This document shows, one piece after another, positions 1 through 13,504 of a stretch of 64,000 nt of DNA. The translations under genes were made by a program, and so were the position numbers. The notes under the pieces are model-generated. The model worked only from the letters and a program-made list of their open reading frames with translations. It did no database searches and was not told the DNA's origin. Source of the DNA: Schizochytrium sp. TIO01 (lineage: Eukaryota; Protista; Bigyra: Labyrinthulomycetes); NCBI GenBank assembly GCA_004764695.1, contig SMSO01000034.1:4340001-4404000 (forward strand), written 5' to 3'. Every line of letters starts with the position of its first letter. Position 1 is the first letter of the stretch.

Positions 1-1
1 A

Positions 2-1947
2 CGCAAGCCGCAATGGGTGCTTACAGAAATGGCTGCTCGCGCTCTGGGTATCCCATTACCAGCTACAGCCGAAGAGGAGGTCCAACGCCAGATTCAGGTT
101 GAGGATGATAGCAGGAAACTTAATGTGCCGCCATCGCCAAGCCTTTCCGAAGATACCCCTTTAGTGAGCAAGGCCAAGAAGGGTAAGAAACGAACAAAGC
201 GCGATCAGGAACATGACGACGATGATGAAATTGCCCAAGTTGGAGTCAATCCGCCCCTTGGTCGTCTTATCAACGAGAACCAGTATTCCAGTATTAATAT
301 ACGCACACGCCATATGGTACCTCTTATACAGCGTCCATCATACAAGAGACATGCCATGCCTCAGCCCAGAGCTTCTTCTCCACCTGTGCCAGTGGTTCCA
401 GTTACACCTATTTCTGAACCAACAGCTGTTATGATTAATTCCACCACATCCTCACCTGTCAACCCTGCCAAAACCGTGGATTCGGGATCGCCATCAGCGC
501 CTGCAAACTCGACTACGGCTGACCGCTCTCGCACCTCCTCTTCATCGCCAACTCCTGGAAGCATTACCCGGTCTCTTTCACGATCTACCCCTTCAGACCC
601 CGCAAATGATGGAACCAATTTTTCAAGTGGCAATGGCTCCACGCCGTCCTCTAATGTTCAGCGTGGTACATGGACTCCAGAGGAGAAAAATCTTTATCTT
701 GATTGCTTGCAAAAGTTTGGCAAGGATTGGAAGGTCTTGCATCAATACATTCCGTCCAAGACTATAGCGCAGCTCAAGAACTACTACCAAAATTACAAAG
801 CGAAGCTCGGCTTTGATAATATTGTTGCTCAGCGGTCTACAACTCCAAGTCCCGCACCCCTTCCTCAACGCACTGCATCATCAGCATCATCAGCATCGCC
901 TCCCTCTCCATCAGCTTTTGAGTCGATCCTGAACTCTTGGATGAAAACTGCAGCTGAGGCTCACGAAAACCAAGATGCGAAGATCCTTGAATCTCTTCGA
1001 TCTCAAATTAGTCATTACCTATCAAGTGTGACCCTTACGCAGGCTCAGAATGACCTCATTCTCCAACTGATTGGTGAGCTTGGTGTTGTAATTGAAGATA
1101 TGTCCCGAAGCGATAATTCTGGTAATAAGGATAGTACGCAAGGCAAACAACAAGATGATTCGCGCGAACCGCGCGGGCAGGCTGTGGATAACGGAGCAGC
1201 AACCCCTGGCGGGGTGAGATTTGCAGAATATGAGAAAGTTGCTGAAGAGTTCCGAGCCGCTTCGCACGAGGCAACCGTCAAGCCGACAACAGAAAATCTG
1301 CTGGTTCTTCATGATAAGATTACTCAGCTGCTTCGCTTGCAAGCCAGGTCTCATGAAGACCAGATTCAACAACTTCAGGCTATGCATTCGCAGAGGCTTG
1401 CGGAATTAAATGCTCGTCCGGGAACCCGGCCAGACGAAATTGAAGATGTCAATGCTGAGCATCAGCATCATCTTGTGCAGCTCACAAGTATCCAGAAGAG
1501 TGAGCAAGAACAACTTCATTCTCAGCGAAAACTTATCGAACAGTATCTAGAGTCATTACGTGGTGCTGATACAGAATCTGCTGCTACGGCAAAGCAAAAT
1601 GGAGCACCGGCTAGAGTAGCTCTTAAGAGTGAACCAAAACAGGCTCCATCGCCGACACCCATGTCTGCCCAGAATAAGGGCAAGGATAACAAGCAACCTA
1701 CTAAAGTAGTTCCTTCGCCGTCGCCATCGCCATCATTTCCTCAGCAAGCGAGCAAGGGCCGTGCTATGCAATCTTCGGAACTGCAGAATGCCCAATCCAA
1801 GTCTGCGCAACAACAACAGCAACAGAAGGAACAACATTCTGCAAGAACCTCGAAGCCACTCGCTTCGAAATCAGGTCAGCAGCAACAGAAACAACAGCCC
1901 GTACCTCAGCCTCCTCGGCAGCAGCCTAAACCTCAACCTCAACCTCG

Positions 1948-1978
<31 letters not shown>

Positions 1979-2801
1979 CAACAACAACAACAAAAACAAA
2001 AACAACAACATTCAGGAAATGAAGATGAACAGGAACAAGGCTTTACGCCTGAGGAACTAGAGCAAGTGGTGACGTTACTGAAGCAAGGTCAGATGAATCA
2101 AGAACATCTCTCTTCGCATCTATCCACTCTTTATGCTGACGGTAACATTACTGAGTATCAGCTACACCAGATTGTTGAGAGTTTCATGAAAGATCGGGAG
2201 GGCCATGGTGCTGCTACCGCCCAATCTGCATCTTCCCAGCCGCAGCAGCCTTCGCTTCAAGCCCGGCAAAACCCCCAACCTCAACCTTTGAAGCAGCAAC
2301 AACAACAAAAACCGCAACAACAGCCACAGATGCGCCCCCCGTCCTCGCAGCAAACTTCGCCGCAGCTTCAGGCCTCCCAACCTCAGTCATCGCAGCAGCA
2401 AATGCATCGCAACCAAAGCTCCGATCTAGAATTCTTCCGGAGCAACATCGAACGTCTTGGTAAAGATCCAAATGCGCTCATGGAGTTTTTTACTTCGCGT
2501 GGGTACTCTCAAAATGAAATCGTACAAATCGTTGAACTGTGTCTGAAGGAGGAACACGAACAGGAGCAGAGGAACAAATCTCAGCAATCTAGCAATCAAA
2601 AGCAGGCGTCAGTGGACCCCCGCGCGTTGCATGCGCGTCAGGTTGAAGCAGTTTTTAAAGAACTGGAAAAATATGACTTTGCACCTGACCAGATGGCAAT
2701 GCTCCGTTCACTAGTTGAAAGTGGGGAGCTTGAACTTCATTCTGTCCAGGAGCTTGCAGCAACTTATTATCAGCAGCAGCAGCAACAACAACAACAACAG
2801 C

Positions 2802-2836
<35 letters not shown>

Positions 2837-3343
2837 ATCCACCAGAATTCCCAGCAGCCTGGACTTCAATCCCGGCAGCAACCCAAGCCTCAACAGCAAC
2901 AGCAACAGCAACTACAACAGCAGCAACAACATCGGGACGTTGAGCAACGCATCTGGCGGCTTCTCACCGAATCTATTCAGCTAGGAATGATGGATCAGCA
3001 GGGTGCTGAGCAACTACTTCAGGTTTTGCATACAGACAATGCTAATGAGATCGCAGAGATTCTTGAAGATCAAGTAAATACTAAAAAGCAGCAGCAGCAG
3101 CAGCAACAACAACAACAACAACAACAACAACACGCGATGCTTCTAGCCCAACAACAGGCAATGCAGCAGCAGCAACAACAACAACAGCAGCAGCAGCAGC
3201 AGCAGCTTCAACAGTCGCCCCAGCAGACGATGCAACAGCAACAGCAACAGCAACTTCAACAATATCTGAACCTGGATATGGAAGCAATCCTCAAAAACCC
3301 GCACCTGCTCGCGCAACTGCGACAGCAGCTAGATCAACAGTAA
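2..3343 (+). CDS. SANT/Myb-domain, glutamine-rich nuclear protein (NCoR-like SANT); 5'-truncated by the window edge
   Basis: WTPEEKNLYLDCLQKFGKDWKVLHQYIPSKTIAQLKNYYQNYK is a typical SANT domain. There are several polyQ tracts. The frame is open back to position 2. Confidence 0.8.
1948..3255 (+). repeat. Coding CAG/CAA (polyQ) tracts
   Basis: CAG/CAA runs near 1948-2010, 2771-2835, 3088-3130 and 3164-3255. Confidence 0.9.
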
Positions 3344-3610
3344 CTCAAGTAAACTGTACAGTGGAATTAAAACAGGCTACCAGTATTTTAGTCTGAAACT
3401 CAACATGTTCTTTAGGGCGTTCAAGCCTCTTATTTTTAGAGTCAATTTACCTCGTCAAGAGTATTAATCTACAATTATAATTTTGTGAATCTTCATATTT
3501 AATATCTGACAATGACTGAAGCCATGTTACCATGACAAAGTTTTGTTCAATTATAATGTATGACTTTTATTTATTTATTCTTATTCTTTGATTTCATGCA
3601 CAGGAGTTGT

Positions 3611-6600
3611 TTAAGTAAAGACGCGTCGATTTCGAATAAGTTGCCAGGCAGGGAATGAGTGCAAACTGTTTGGCCAAATCATTAACATCTGCTCCCCTGG
3701 TGTTTGAGTTTTAAAGATCAACGTATGACAATGAAATAACTTTGAGAGGCTAATAGTCACAATCGGACTCGTTCGCGTGTCTAGCAGTTTGATGAAAATG
3801 CACCCAGAAAGTTCGAGGCCTTTGGTAATATTCGGCCTCGAAAATTTCGTAAGATCCAGAGCCACGAGCTGAGGCTGTGACTCAGAACATGAAAATTCCA
3901 CAATTGCTAGAGGGAGCAAGATTTGCTGATCCTCGGAAAGCCATAGAGAAGGTGTTTTTCCACGTCCAATCTTTTGCTTCCTTTTGAAGAATTGCAGAGG
4001 CACACTGCCAATATAGGCATTCCTACGAATCCTAACTACAGGCATGCTCAATGAACCAAAGGTAGCTTTCGCAATAAAACTTGTGAAGACCCCCAGTAAC
4101 TCATGTTTTCGCCGCACAGCATCCTCCTTGGCACTGATAATACGCATGCACTTGTCTTTTGCAGAAGGGGGTGTGTCTTTCTTATAACCATGGTTGATTC
4201 AGAGCTTAGCCAAGAGCGTCTGCATATATGTGTAGATGCTTCGTCAAGGCTCATCCAAAGCTGGTTTGTTGTGGAAGTGCGCAAATCGCCTAAGTAAATC
4301 GTTCGGTTTGTAGTGGTGTTGTCTGCATCGTCGAGGCTCTTTATACCCATGCAGAAAGCCTCTAACTCAATGTATCGATCTACGATACCAAGGCAACTAT
4401 GCTTTTCACTTGTTTGTAGGCCTGCAAGGTTTTTTGCAGTTAGATATATATCTTCATAACGTGATGAAGGATCGAGCATCTCAAGAGTACCAAACTTTTT
4501 GATGTAGCTTGGAATTTTGTTGATAGCATTAGTGTCCAGGTTGATCTTGCGTCCATATTTTATCATGTGTCTTTCAATCTCTGTGCATAGCTCTGCGATT
4601 GCGTTGCACAATTGTTGGACATATTTGATATGAGCCGAGGGGTAACTTTGCAAGATGAACTCTAACGATAACAATTTGGAAATTGCATGTGCTATTAGGT
4701 CAGACACCTTGTAGCCGCTTCGGGCAGTGTTACTTTGCTGGTGCTGACGGATTTGCGCATAAGTCATAAGCAGGCTACGAAGTATGTCAGATCTACATTT
4801 TGCTTGTATGCCATCTTTTGCAATTCCTGTAAGACAATTGGTGGGGATCATGGGATTCGCATGGGTATTCTCACTTGTTTCAAAGTTTTTCTTTTTTGGT
4901 TCGAAGAAACTACTTGGAGAGCCGCTACTTTTATGAATTATAAACTCTTCCAAAATGCTGCCAAGGCGCAACGCAACATCGTCGTAACATCCATTCATCG
5001 GGTACAGCGAAGCTATATCATCACTCATCCATTCCAATGAACTAATTGTAAAAGGGATTGACTGCTGCTGGGTCGTGATGTGACTTCTCTCTACTTCCAA
5101 GAGAAGACTGATGTAGAGAAGGTCCAGTATACCTGCCTTGAGCATTGAACGGTTCAGAATGTGCTTGGCCGCCAAGGATTTTCCATTTTCTGGACAAGGG
5201 GCTAAATATATCGTTTTGGAGTGTAGGGGGTTGGAGTTGTTCATATCGCTCATGTCTCTGTTCAGGCACTGGCGCCTACAATGCTAAATATTGCAGGAAT
5301 GAAAAATTTCTTCTCGTTTCCTCGCTCATCTGTGAAAGCGAGGCCGCCATCTTCCCATGCAATTTGTTGCCAGACTCCAATAGTCTGAAGAATATTGTAT
5401 ACTATTAGTTGGCGAATTAGATGCCGATGCATTTCTGGTGAACTAGTTTGATGAGGGATTTCAGAGTCCCATTTGACGACCCCGAGCATTCGCACGGCAT
5501 TGCCACGAGATCCATTACAATAACCAGAAGAAAAATCATGGATATAGATCATGACAGCACAAACCTCAATCTGAGAAGTCATCTGGAAATTCTCCAGAAC
5601 AATACTGATGCAAAGTGGTTGCAGCTTGCGTTGATCAATACCTAATCTTGCAGCTTTTCTCTTTAGGAAAGCTCGAATCTCTCGAAGACGTCTCGGCGGG
5701 CTCTCCGCTTTTGTTTGATGTTCAGATTTCACGGTGAAGATGATTTCTTTGTCGTTAGTATCGAAGGCTGATAACGCAACAAGTACTGGGTCTCGCATCT
5801 TAATTGTAAAAGAAGATGGGAGATTAAACTTTTCGCGAAGCTTTTCGGGAAAGCAATTCTGAAATTCCCAAACATGGCCTAGTGTAGCGGCCGTAGCCTT
5901 CTTTGCAATGTTGCATGCAATCTTTTCTTCTTCCAAACTAATATGCCACTTTGAACCAAGCATAGGTAAGAACCCCGAGTCATCATGAACTTCTTCATTG
6001 CCTTCTTGCAGGTATACGAGGCGCATTTCATGGAATTTCTCCTCAGTAAAGACGGAAAGTTCACGACGGGCTTGTGCTCTGTTTGCGTCAATCTTATTTA
6101 ACCCAGAGCTACGTATCTTCGCCTGTATTTCCGCGAAGAGGTGAGGTGTACCTGGTTGGTTGCGCACATTCTGGAGTGATTGCAAGCTTTGAAAGCCATG
6201 ACTAGGTACTGGTCGAACAGAATTAGCTGGTAGCCGTGTTGCGCTGGAGGTGTTTGGCAAGATTGATTCCATGCACAACTCACTCAGTGTAGCATAGTCT
6301 TCACCTACGAAAAATTCCGAAGGGCTTGGTATTTTAAACTGTGGAATTTCTTGACTTCTGGGAACCAAAGATTTACTAAATGAATACTCATAGACTGGAG
6401 GAGAAGGGTCCGCCATATCTTCTTGCTGAAGGCCAGAGTCTAAATGGAATTGAACTAAATTTTCATCAACTTGACCCAGGATAGCCGAGGAAAATATCGA
6501 ATCAAATGGTGTTTCGGACTTGAGTCCACAAGATAAGGATTCGACTTTACGCCGTTTAGGTGTCTGGTTCATTAAATTACTATTCGCCAGAGCCAGATGC

Positions 6601-6674
6601 ATCTCAGCATTAAAGTGTTCATCAAACGTGGCAAATTTTGAATTGGATTGTCTTTGTGAGACTATTCTTGACAT
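3611..6674 (-). CDS. Transposase-derived protein, paralog B (CMC/Plavaka-like, catalytic residues eroded); one gene split into ORFs 5262-6674, 4048-5253 and 3611-4147 by two frame breaks
   Basis: The three ORFs align in order with the neighbouring 1247-aa ORF: MRDPVLVAL/LRDPVLTAV, WQQIAW/WQQVAW, SLEWMSDDI/SIDWMANDV, FGTLEMLDP/YGSIKMLDP, PSLWLSEDQQILLPLAIVEF/PALWMTYDLKIILPIALVEY. Confidence 0.7.
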
Positions 6675-7664
6675 ATGGCCAGTGCTTCAGCTGTTTGGGG
6701 ATTTGTCTCGATCAGATTGAGTTCTCAGCAAAAGGAGGGGACCTTTAAAAAAAAAGCGGAGGTCTCGGAGAGCAATGCTATGAACTCGCCTATGGAGGCC
6801 TCACTTCGTATTGTGTAACATAAGAATTGGTGTGTCAGTGCTTTGGTGATATTGATTTGCTTGTCGCTGGAGACGAAAATATTTCAATGAAGTGGCTGTG
6901 CTGGTTTTAAAAGTATGAAAATATTCTACATTCACGCTAAAAATTGAAAGCAGGAATTATGGGTATAAAATAAAACTTTTGTTAGGTTGGCTTATCTAAT
7001 GGTAAGAAGTAGATACAAAGTGTATTTAATTTGCAGCTTGGCAAGTTATCGGAAACAATTGCTCAGAATAACTATTAAAAACGGTATCTCAGATTATGTA
7101 AACTTTTTTTTGTGTTTCGCTTTGTGGGCATATGATGAAGTGCTAATCTTTGACCAATAACGCAGATTAGAGGACCCGATCACATTTGGATACAACCTTC
7201 TTTCGCCTACCTTCGAACAAATTTATCAAACATCGATTTATTTGAGAGTGAGACTCGTCTTTCTGACACGCTATAAGGTTTCAACGAAATATCTAGTCCA
7301 GGTGCCTGTAGATTTTACAGCCTTGAACTTTTAAGATCTCAACTTGTTATTTTTCAAGTCTATCGGATGAAGCAAGAATGTCGATTATTATTAATGAATT
7401 CATTTCATATGTTATCAACTAAACAGGGGTAATACTCGCAGATTTTTGTTTCCATTTTAAAATATGCATCAGTGAACGAACTCAAAGAATTTTCCTTGAA
7501 CATGTTAGTGAAGGTAGGTAAGTATGATGAGAATATGAGATATCAGAAACTGAGAAAGTTCTAGTACTCATGGAGAATTCTGGGTTTTGGTTGAGCTTAG
7601 CTCGCGAGTACAAAAGATATATACATAGACATCTTTCCAAATAATGATATCATACTTGCTTACA

Positions 7665-10441
7665 TCAGCCACTCTGAAGAGTAAATGGAGATCGATTCCA
7701 TGAAAGAGGTGCATGAACACCATTCGGCCATACTGCGAGACGTAAATCGTGCGATACGTCAGGTGTTAGGCGATACGTCTGACAGTGACACAGGGACGAA
7801 ACATCATGCATCACGAAAATGGCTCTCATGAGACTGTGCAGGGTTTACGATTGTAAACCCAGTCAAAGTAGGGCTCGACCCTCGATCAACGGCTGAGAGA
7901 TTTTGCAATTGAGTGTTGCCAGACGAAAGTGCAATCCCAAGTACTGCGAAAGCCTGGCTGAGATCTGTATGGTTAACATATTCAACCAGTGCTATCGGCA
8001 AGATAATTTTGAGATCATATGTCATCCATAGAGCGGGTAGACGTTTCGCACTCTCCCAGAATGTAGATGTCTTATAAGTAGTAAAAGATTCACCGCGTAC
8101 TGAGGCGCTACTCCATAACCGGAATTTTAGGGATGCTAATGGTAGGCGGGGAGCAGTTGCAGTTCGGCTCCAGTAAGAAAGGAGTACGTTTCGCGCATCG
8201 ATGCGGCTACTCGGGGGTGACAAGTCCTTAGGAGGCTGCAAAATCGCGTCGTCTCTCCAAAAGCCTCGTTCCTGGGTTTGAGTGATTGCTTTTAATATGG
8301 ATTCTGCCTGTCGATCTATAGCTTGAATAGTATCAGCAAGATTAAGCAGATGCTGATCGTTGCCCATATCCTGGTGTTCATCAATTGAGTAAAAGAATGT
8401 TGCGAGAGGCTCAACAGCTGATGGGTTACAAACAGCATAACTCCTCGTAGCTATGAAAGGTCGTTGGTAGCTAGCGTGAGCGAATGCTTCGTTTTCAATA
8501 ACACGATGCAAAAGAGCTAATGAACGACTTCCCGATACATTAGAAGACTCGTTTTCATCGGGGAGAGTTTGCATGAGCCTTTCGATGCGGTCGGCAGTTA
8601 CCTGTCGACAACAGGGGTCGAGCATTTTGATGGATCCATAATTCGCAAGGTAATCTGCAATATGTAGAATTGCGTGAATGTGTTGAGGGCTTATGCGATG
8701 ACTGGAATCACGGAGGCCATGTAAAGCTTCTGTACACATTTGCTCAATGTTATGAACAAGTTCCCTGACATAGGCTAGTGATGCTTTGGTATGGTAGGAT
8801 CGGGAGGTTTCAAAATCCAGGACTAACATGCTCGCTATTGCCGATACAATCAGACCAAGGCTGTTATCGGCAGAGAAGTTAGGATTATTCTTGTACAGCG
8901 AGCTGTTTGTAGGAGTGTTGGCTGGGGTTGAGTTCCGTAGGTAGTATAGAACCACCCCCTGCATCAAATCTCGAAGGTTACGAGGATAAGTTTCCGATGA
9001 TATCTGCGCTACTTCAGCAGCCAATCCGAGCTGAGTAAGAAAATATTGAAACGGCTTCACAGCCGTTGGAAGCTCCACTTTATCCAGATTCCCAGATCCA
9101 CGGCTCTGGGGAAAGTGAGTTGCATCCGGTGACATTTCTTCCGTTAGAGAGTCTAGAAAGGTTTTCACTAGGCCGCAAGCCAGAGTATAAAAGCAGTTGT
9201 TTACTGGTAGCAATTCTAGGACGTCGTTGGCCATCCAGTCAATCGATTGACTTGCTAGAGCATTAGGTACATTTTTCAAAACTCCGTTTGATGAATCACT
9301 TCTGGACGTTGGGCTACTCTTGGATATTTGACGCCTAAGAAAGTCCCAGGGGTTAGCGCTGCTCACCGTGGAAGTTGGGGATGCACAGGCACGGCAAGTC
9401 CCTGGAAGAATATCTGCCAGGGTGCCTATAAGCTCTTCACTACCCGTGATGCTCACTAATACTGGAACGACTCGTAGAACCTCGATTTCTTTTTGTTCAG
9501 TCCCGCACCGTTGTTGCTTCTTGAAAAACTCGTTGCTGTGTCTTTCATCTTCCTGATGATTTGCATGCTGACCTCGGTTCTCATTTTGACATTGCTTTCC
9601 TTGATGCTGTGCCTCAGAGCATGTTTCCTCGCTAACTCCAATATTCATTGGAATGCTGAGCCCGCTCTGGCCCCAAGCCACTTGCTGCCAAGCCGCCACA
9701 GCCTCCACGATGTCATGCAATGCCGCTTCTATTAGCTCCGAAAGTAATAGTCCTCCTGCCCTGCTCTCCAAGAACCCCAATGCTACCGGCGGTGCAGGTG
9801 CAGCGCCACGTGGTCCATGCACGAACAGTAGAAGCGTCGCCCTATTCATCAGTCCCCTTACATCTCCATCATCCCCAGAATCTTGTCGGAATTCTTGCTT
9901 TTGTTTTTGTCTTCGACACTGTTGTTCTTGACATTGCTGTTCGACTTTGTTATTGATATCATCATTTCTACAATTCACTTGTCCAGCTTGTGGTCCTTCC
10001 CGTAGTGTTTTCACGCGTTTATCAGTGGGCCCATCCTCGTTGTCAATGTCCACGACGACCGATATAGGCAATGGAATAACCTCATGCTCCACACCAGTTC
10101 TGGCACATCGTCTCTTGATCACTTCTGCCGCTTGAGCAATACGCCCCGGAAGGCCAGCAGCTTGAGGAGACATCTTCGCTAAAGTCGGCGTAGCCCGCAG
10201 CAACGCCACGGCGGTTAGCACAGGATCTCTGAGAGACACTACATCACACCGAGGTCGGTTCGGGGAGGAGTTTAGCGATGATGGTGTAGAAGGTGTCCAA
10301 GTAGACGTTGGCGACGAAGATAAAGGCGAAGATGATAATGAGATAGCAAGACCAGAGAATGGAGTCGTATCATGATTAAGATGATGAAGGAAATGGTGGC
10401 ACTCTTGAGAATAATGTTGTTGTTGTTGTTGTTGTTGTTGT

Positions 10442-10472
<31 letters not shown>

Positions 10473-11487
10473 GGTGGAAGTCCCAGATGTGACCAAAGGA
10501 GGTTGAGGCCGCCGAAAGAGCGACAGAGGCAGAATTCCCTGCAACAAAGGATGCTGTGACGGAACCAGTGCGAGCAGAGAGCCTAGCGGCGGAAGAGGGA
10601 GCAGCAGAAACAGCAGAAGCGGCAGCAGCCAAGAGAGCGTGGGCATTGGTATCAGTCAGGCCCTGGTCAAGTCGAGCGAGCTGAAGAGAAGCAGCGAGAG
10701 GGTGGAGGTTTGAGAGACGTCGGTCAGACATGGCGAAGGCTTCAGGAAGTTTGGAGAGAGAAGAGGAGACCAAATACGATTGTAGTTCGGAGAGAGAGGC
10801 AACGTCTACCATCTGAAGGCAAGATGTCACGCCGGAGGCATGAACACGGACGGGTTCGCCACGGCTCAGGGGCGACGAGGCAGCTGGAGCAGGGAGTTGA
10901 AATGGAGAGGAGAATGAGACACATGGCGATGAGGGCAATGATGATGAGGAAGATACAGAGGAGGCGTGGGAGAGAGCGGAAAGTCTCGGGGTCGGATAGT
11001 TCCTAGAAAAGTTCGAATTCGGAAAGTTCGAAATCGAAAAATTTGAAAAATTTGAAAATCCAGAAGCATGATTTCCAGTGAAGCCCACGGAGGCTAGGCT
11101 TGATGCGCGGCTGGAGCGCGCGGAGCTACTTGCTGAAGACCATACATCACCTGTATCCACCTCTAGCAGCACCGATTTCCAGTTCTTCGCCGCCCAACCG
11201 CCGCTGTTCCACCGCGGGTCCTGTGAAGCATCCGTGGGCCTACTGAGGACTTCGGGTGGGCCTTGAGCTGCTGTAGACGAATTAACGTTGCTATTCTTGA
11301 CGCTCTCGACAGTTTTTGAGCTGTTCGGGCTATTACTTCCGCTGCAGCTATTGCTTGGGCTACTAGAGCTCTCGATATCGTCGCTGCCGAAGCGGACAAG
11401 ATCCTCTTCAAATTGCTGCTGGAGCTGCTGCCGGAGCTTATTGATCTTACGGCCTCCGCCGCGTGTACCGCGTCGCGTCTTGCCCAT
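7665..11487 (-). CDS. Transposase-derived protein, paralog A, with a long Ser-rich/polyH/polyQ N-terminus; true C-terminus lies in the +1 frame past 7804
   Basis: ATG at 11487 (MGKTRRG). Near 7820 the +1 frame reads IFVMHDVSSLCHCQTY...LAVWPNGVHAPLSW to a stop at 7665, matching paralog B (SKLFHCHTL...LMIWPNSLHSFPAW). Confidence 0.75.
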
Positions 11488-11796
11488 CTTCCAAGCGCTG
11501 CCCTGGTGGCCACAATTTTTCAGGGGAAAGCAGCGCGAACTCCGCAACGAAGACGGTTCAATAGATCAAGATCCAAGTACCGGCTATTCCCCAAGCTGTC
11601 TTGTAGATACGTAAATTAATTAGTCCACCGATAATCCAATCTCTTCTGCTTGGCAATTCCTGGCAGAGTTCACCACAAAGGGTTTGTTCTGGAGTTTCTC
11701 AAAGCCCTTCTTGATTGATCCCTTCCTTCCTAGAAGGTCAGTCTGAATTCGAATTCGAACAATGCCGAGCCCAAGTTCTTCGGTTGCCGTCAATGC

Positions 11797-11845
11797 TTTC
11801 TTCTTCTTCTTCTTCTTCTTCTTCTTCTTCTTCGTCTTCGTCTTT
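11797..11845. repeat. (TTC)n microsatellite
   Basis: Visible directly in the sequence. Confidence 0.9.
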
Positions 11846-13504
11846 TCCTCTTCCCTTTCCCAGTGCCACTGTTCGTGATCTTGCTCGACTTCTTCAATAG
11901 ACAGATCTTTGCCTCTTGATTCCTAGCCAGCAATTGCTAACCGGTGATCGTTCCCAAAATCGAATTTGGTGCAGAAGTGATGATATTTGGGTGGCGATGG
12001 CGATGGCGATGGCGACGGCGAAGAAAGAGTTGGGATAGGATGGACGAAATTCCACGGCAGCTGTCAACCAAAAGTTCGAGAAAGCGAGAATTATTGATTT
12101 GGCCTCGAGGTCACGACGCTGCTGGAGGACTCCAAAGATGGAGCTAGAGCAGAGAGGGACCGTCTTAAGGGGGACGTTCCTTCGAGGAATGACGGACGAG
12201 GGTGAAAGTCAATGTAATGCAGTTCACAGAAAATCAGTGTGTGCGTGTGTGCGCGGCAAAGAGAATGAATCGAGGGCCGACGGGACAGCGATCGATTCGG
12301 GTCTGCTGCAGCTTGAGGTGCACTTCGGTGTGTAAAAATAGGTGCGCTACGGCTCAGATAATAGATTGAAGGATCACACGAGAAGATGAAAGGTGACTAC
12401 TAAGCTCTGTGGATGTATCCGTCCAATCAGAATTTGAAAATAAAATCCACATCGGAGAGTGAGGGAAAATTGTCAACCTGAGAGTGGGCGGCCATTGACC
12501 AGGCAAGAACCATAAATGAAAGTTACCTGGAGAAAAGAGAGCGCTTGCAGGGTCCTTCAAAAGAGCTCAGAAGAGCAGATTGGAGGCGGCAAACTGTAGA
12601 TAATGGATGTCTATGAAATGCAGTAGAGCAATCAGGGGAGCGAAGATAGATAAAGATTCCCTCAATTCATTGTTTCTCAATACCAAAGAGTGTAACGAGT
12701 GTAACGCATATTCCGGGCAGCAGAATTTACATCAGCTGATTATGAGAGCATCGTGAAAGAGGCGAAGTGGTAGGTCCCATGGTGTTCAAGAGCGAGCGAC
12801 CTAGTGATGTCGGGGAAACTATCGAAGAAAAAAAGTGGCCGGCATAAAATCGATGTGCTCCCTGGATTCCCAGCCCGGTTATTCTAGTCTTGGCTTGCAC
12901 CAAATCCATGCGAAAGGTAACTCAAAGCTCGCCAGAAAGCATATGGACACTCTGAATAGATACTAACCTTGGAAATTCTCAATCACATGCATAGATTGGT
13001 AGTGATGTAAATGAAAGTTGGGGAGACTGCTTGTACAACCCGAAAGGACGCCCCAAGAGTAGCATGGTGGTACCTAGAAGTAGGTTTATCCTTTGCGTTG
13101 ACCAAGGGATATAATGGGAGAGAAGAAGGAACAGCAGAAGAGAAGAAGAAGAAGCTTGAATGTATCCGACCGAACGAGCCACTGCGACACACTAAGCTCG
13201 AGAAAAGGGACCCAGCAAACAGGAAGGCCTGCACGCAGGAGCTGAGGCCGTTCCTTATAAAGCCGTAGAGATTCAAACAAACGCAAAAGAGCAAGAGCAA
13301 TTTCGAATCGTGATAAAGAGAGAAAGAGCCTTCGGAAACGAAACATAGGTAACAGAGAAACAGGACAAAGTGGGGAAACGAAGTGTATAGATTATCTGCC
13401 AAGTGCGAGGACAAGGGTTCGACTTGAGCGAAGTAGAACGAGTACGCCGCTCTGGCTGGGATATTGGCACATTTTCGTTGCTTTGTATCAGACTTTTCTT
13501 TTAT

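Noticed and set aside
5269-5279. 11-nt GTAGGCGCCAG that would fix the frame break if spliced
   Set aside because: Too short for a spliceosomal intron. The other introns here are 176-874 nt, and the other breaks have no equivalent.
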